Shown here one piece after another: positions 62,915 through 64,000 of a stretch of 64,000 nt of DNA (its first letter is position 1; each line of letters opens with the position of its first letter). The notes below the pieces were generated by a model. That model saw only the letters and a program-made list of their open reading frames with translations, was not told where the DNA came from and did no database searches. This DNA comes from Malacoraja senta. Its lineage: Eukaryota. The DNA lies in contig CM075978.1 of the NCBI GenBank assembly GCA_038087875.1, positions 133,424,001 to 133,488,000 of the forward strand, read 5' to 3'. The translations under genes and the position numbers were made by a program.

Positions 62915-63515
62915 AAGTATAGAAGTTGGGAGGTCATGTTGCAGTTGTGTAAGACGTTGGTGAGTGCATTTAGAATATTGTGTTCAGTTCTGGGCACCAT
63001 ATTATAGGAAAGATATTGTCGAGCTTGAAAGGGTTCAGAAAAGATTCATGAGGAAGTTGCCAGGACTAGAGGGTGTGAGCTATAGGGAAAGGTTGAGTAG
63101 CTGGGTCTCTATTCCATGGAGCACAGGAGGATGAGGGGGGATCTTACAGAGGTATACAAAATCATGAGAGGAATAGATCGGATAGACGCACAGCGTCTCT
63201 TGCCCAGAGTAGGAGAATCAAGGACCAGAGGACATAGGTTCAAGGTGAAGGGGAAAAGATTTAATAGAAATCCGGGGAGTAACTTTTTCACACAAAGGGT
63301 GGTGGGTGTATGGAACAAGCTGCCAGAGGAGGTAGTTGAGGCTGGGACTATCCCATCGTTTAAGAAACAGTTAGACAGGTACATGGCTAGGACAGGTTTG
63401 GAGGGATATGGACCAAGCGCAGGCAAGTGGGACTAGTGTAGCCGGGACATTGTTGGCTGGTGTGGGCAAGTTGGGCCGAAGGGCCTGTTTCCACACTGTA
63501 TCACTCTATGACGCT
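62915..63515 (+). mobile_element. CR1 (HER1-like) LINE 3' fragment
   Basis: EHRRMRGDLTEVYKIMRG...TRGHRFKV...FFTQRVVGVWNKLPEEVVEAG; 3' tail gggccgaagggcctgtttccacactgtatc is shared with the V-SINEs. Confidence 0.92.
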
Positions 63516-64000
63516 AAGTATATGTGCAGAATATTAATTCCGGCTTACTTGTGCTGCAAATAACACAGAATTGTCAGCTCATTGTGGCATGAAAAAGTAA
63601 TATATTGCGACATGACAAATGGATTTCTAGAAGTCATTTGACACCTATAATCTGTAGTTGAGGCTCGTAGAGTACAAGGCAAATTTTTGACCTGCTTAGA
63701 ATAAAAGGTTTGGCGACAAAAAAAGAACAATTGGTATGAGTCATTATTTATAAATGGAATGGATGTTAGTTTTTTTTATCCATGCTTGCTGGTCGAAAAC
63801 CAATGAGATTGTTCGCAATAAATTACATAACTGATACAGATTTGATGTAAACAGTGATTTAATTTGTATTTTCTAAAAGATAAAAACTTAGAAGTGGTAG
63901 AAGTCTTATGTGTGTAATGTGCAAACTGGGAGGTCATGTTGCAGCTGTATAAACCATTTTCCCAAGTTTGGGAGGAATGGGGTATATACTTACTAGATTG

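Overview
Eukaryotic genomic DNA, most likely from a cartilaginous fish (skate/ray-like), judging by HE1-type V-SINEs, CR1, Rex1/Babar and abundant Penelope-like elements (PLEs). It is a draft assembly with two N gaps. The first ~35 kb is repeat-dense, with no confidently identified gene apart from one candidate terminal exon near 3.9-4.1 kb. From 35.7 kb a CpG-island promoter drives a + strand FLVCR1 (SLC49A1; MFS choline/ethanolamine transporter, formerly described as a heme exporter). Coding exons 1-9 can be assembled by hand (495 codons, GT-AG, consistent phases); the terminal exon is unresolved. Main observations: (1) a family of short PLE-derived insertions with 8-16 bp target-site duplications (TSDs), many of them fold-back hairpins and many carrying a minimal hammerhead-ribozyme-like motif; (2) an 8-bp-TSD MITE carrying (TTAGGG)n; (3) a ~4.6 kb hAT-ended composite packed with nested repeats; (4) a promoter built from a degenerate ~104-bp tandem repeat of NF-Y, PBX-PKNOX and Sp modules, with one perfect ERSE-II; (5) choline-site residues conserved in FLVCR1 while the proposed heme histidines and the FLVCR1b start Met are not; (6) a possible P-element/THAP9-like transposase fossil and a non-autonomous Helitron carrying minisatellites. 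Comparisons to human proteins are from memory and were not computed.
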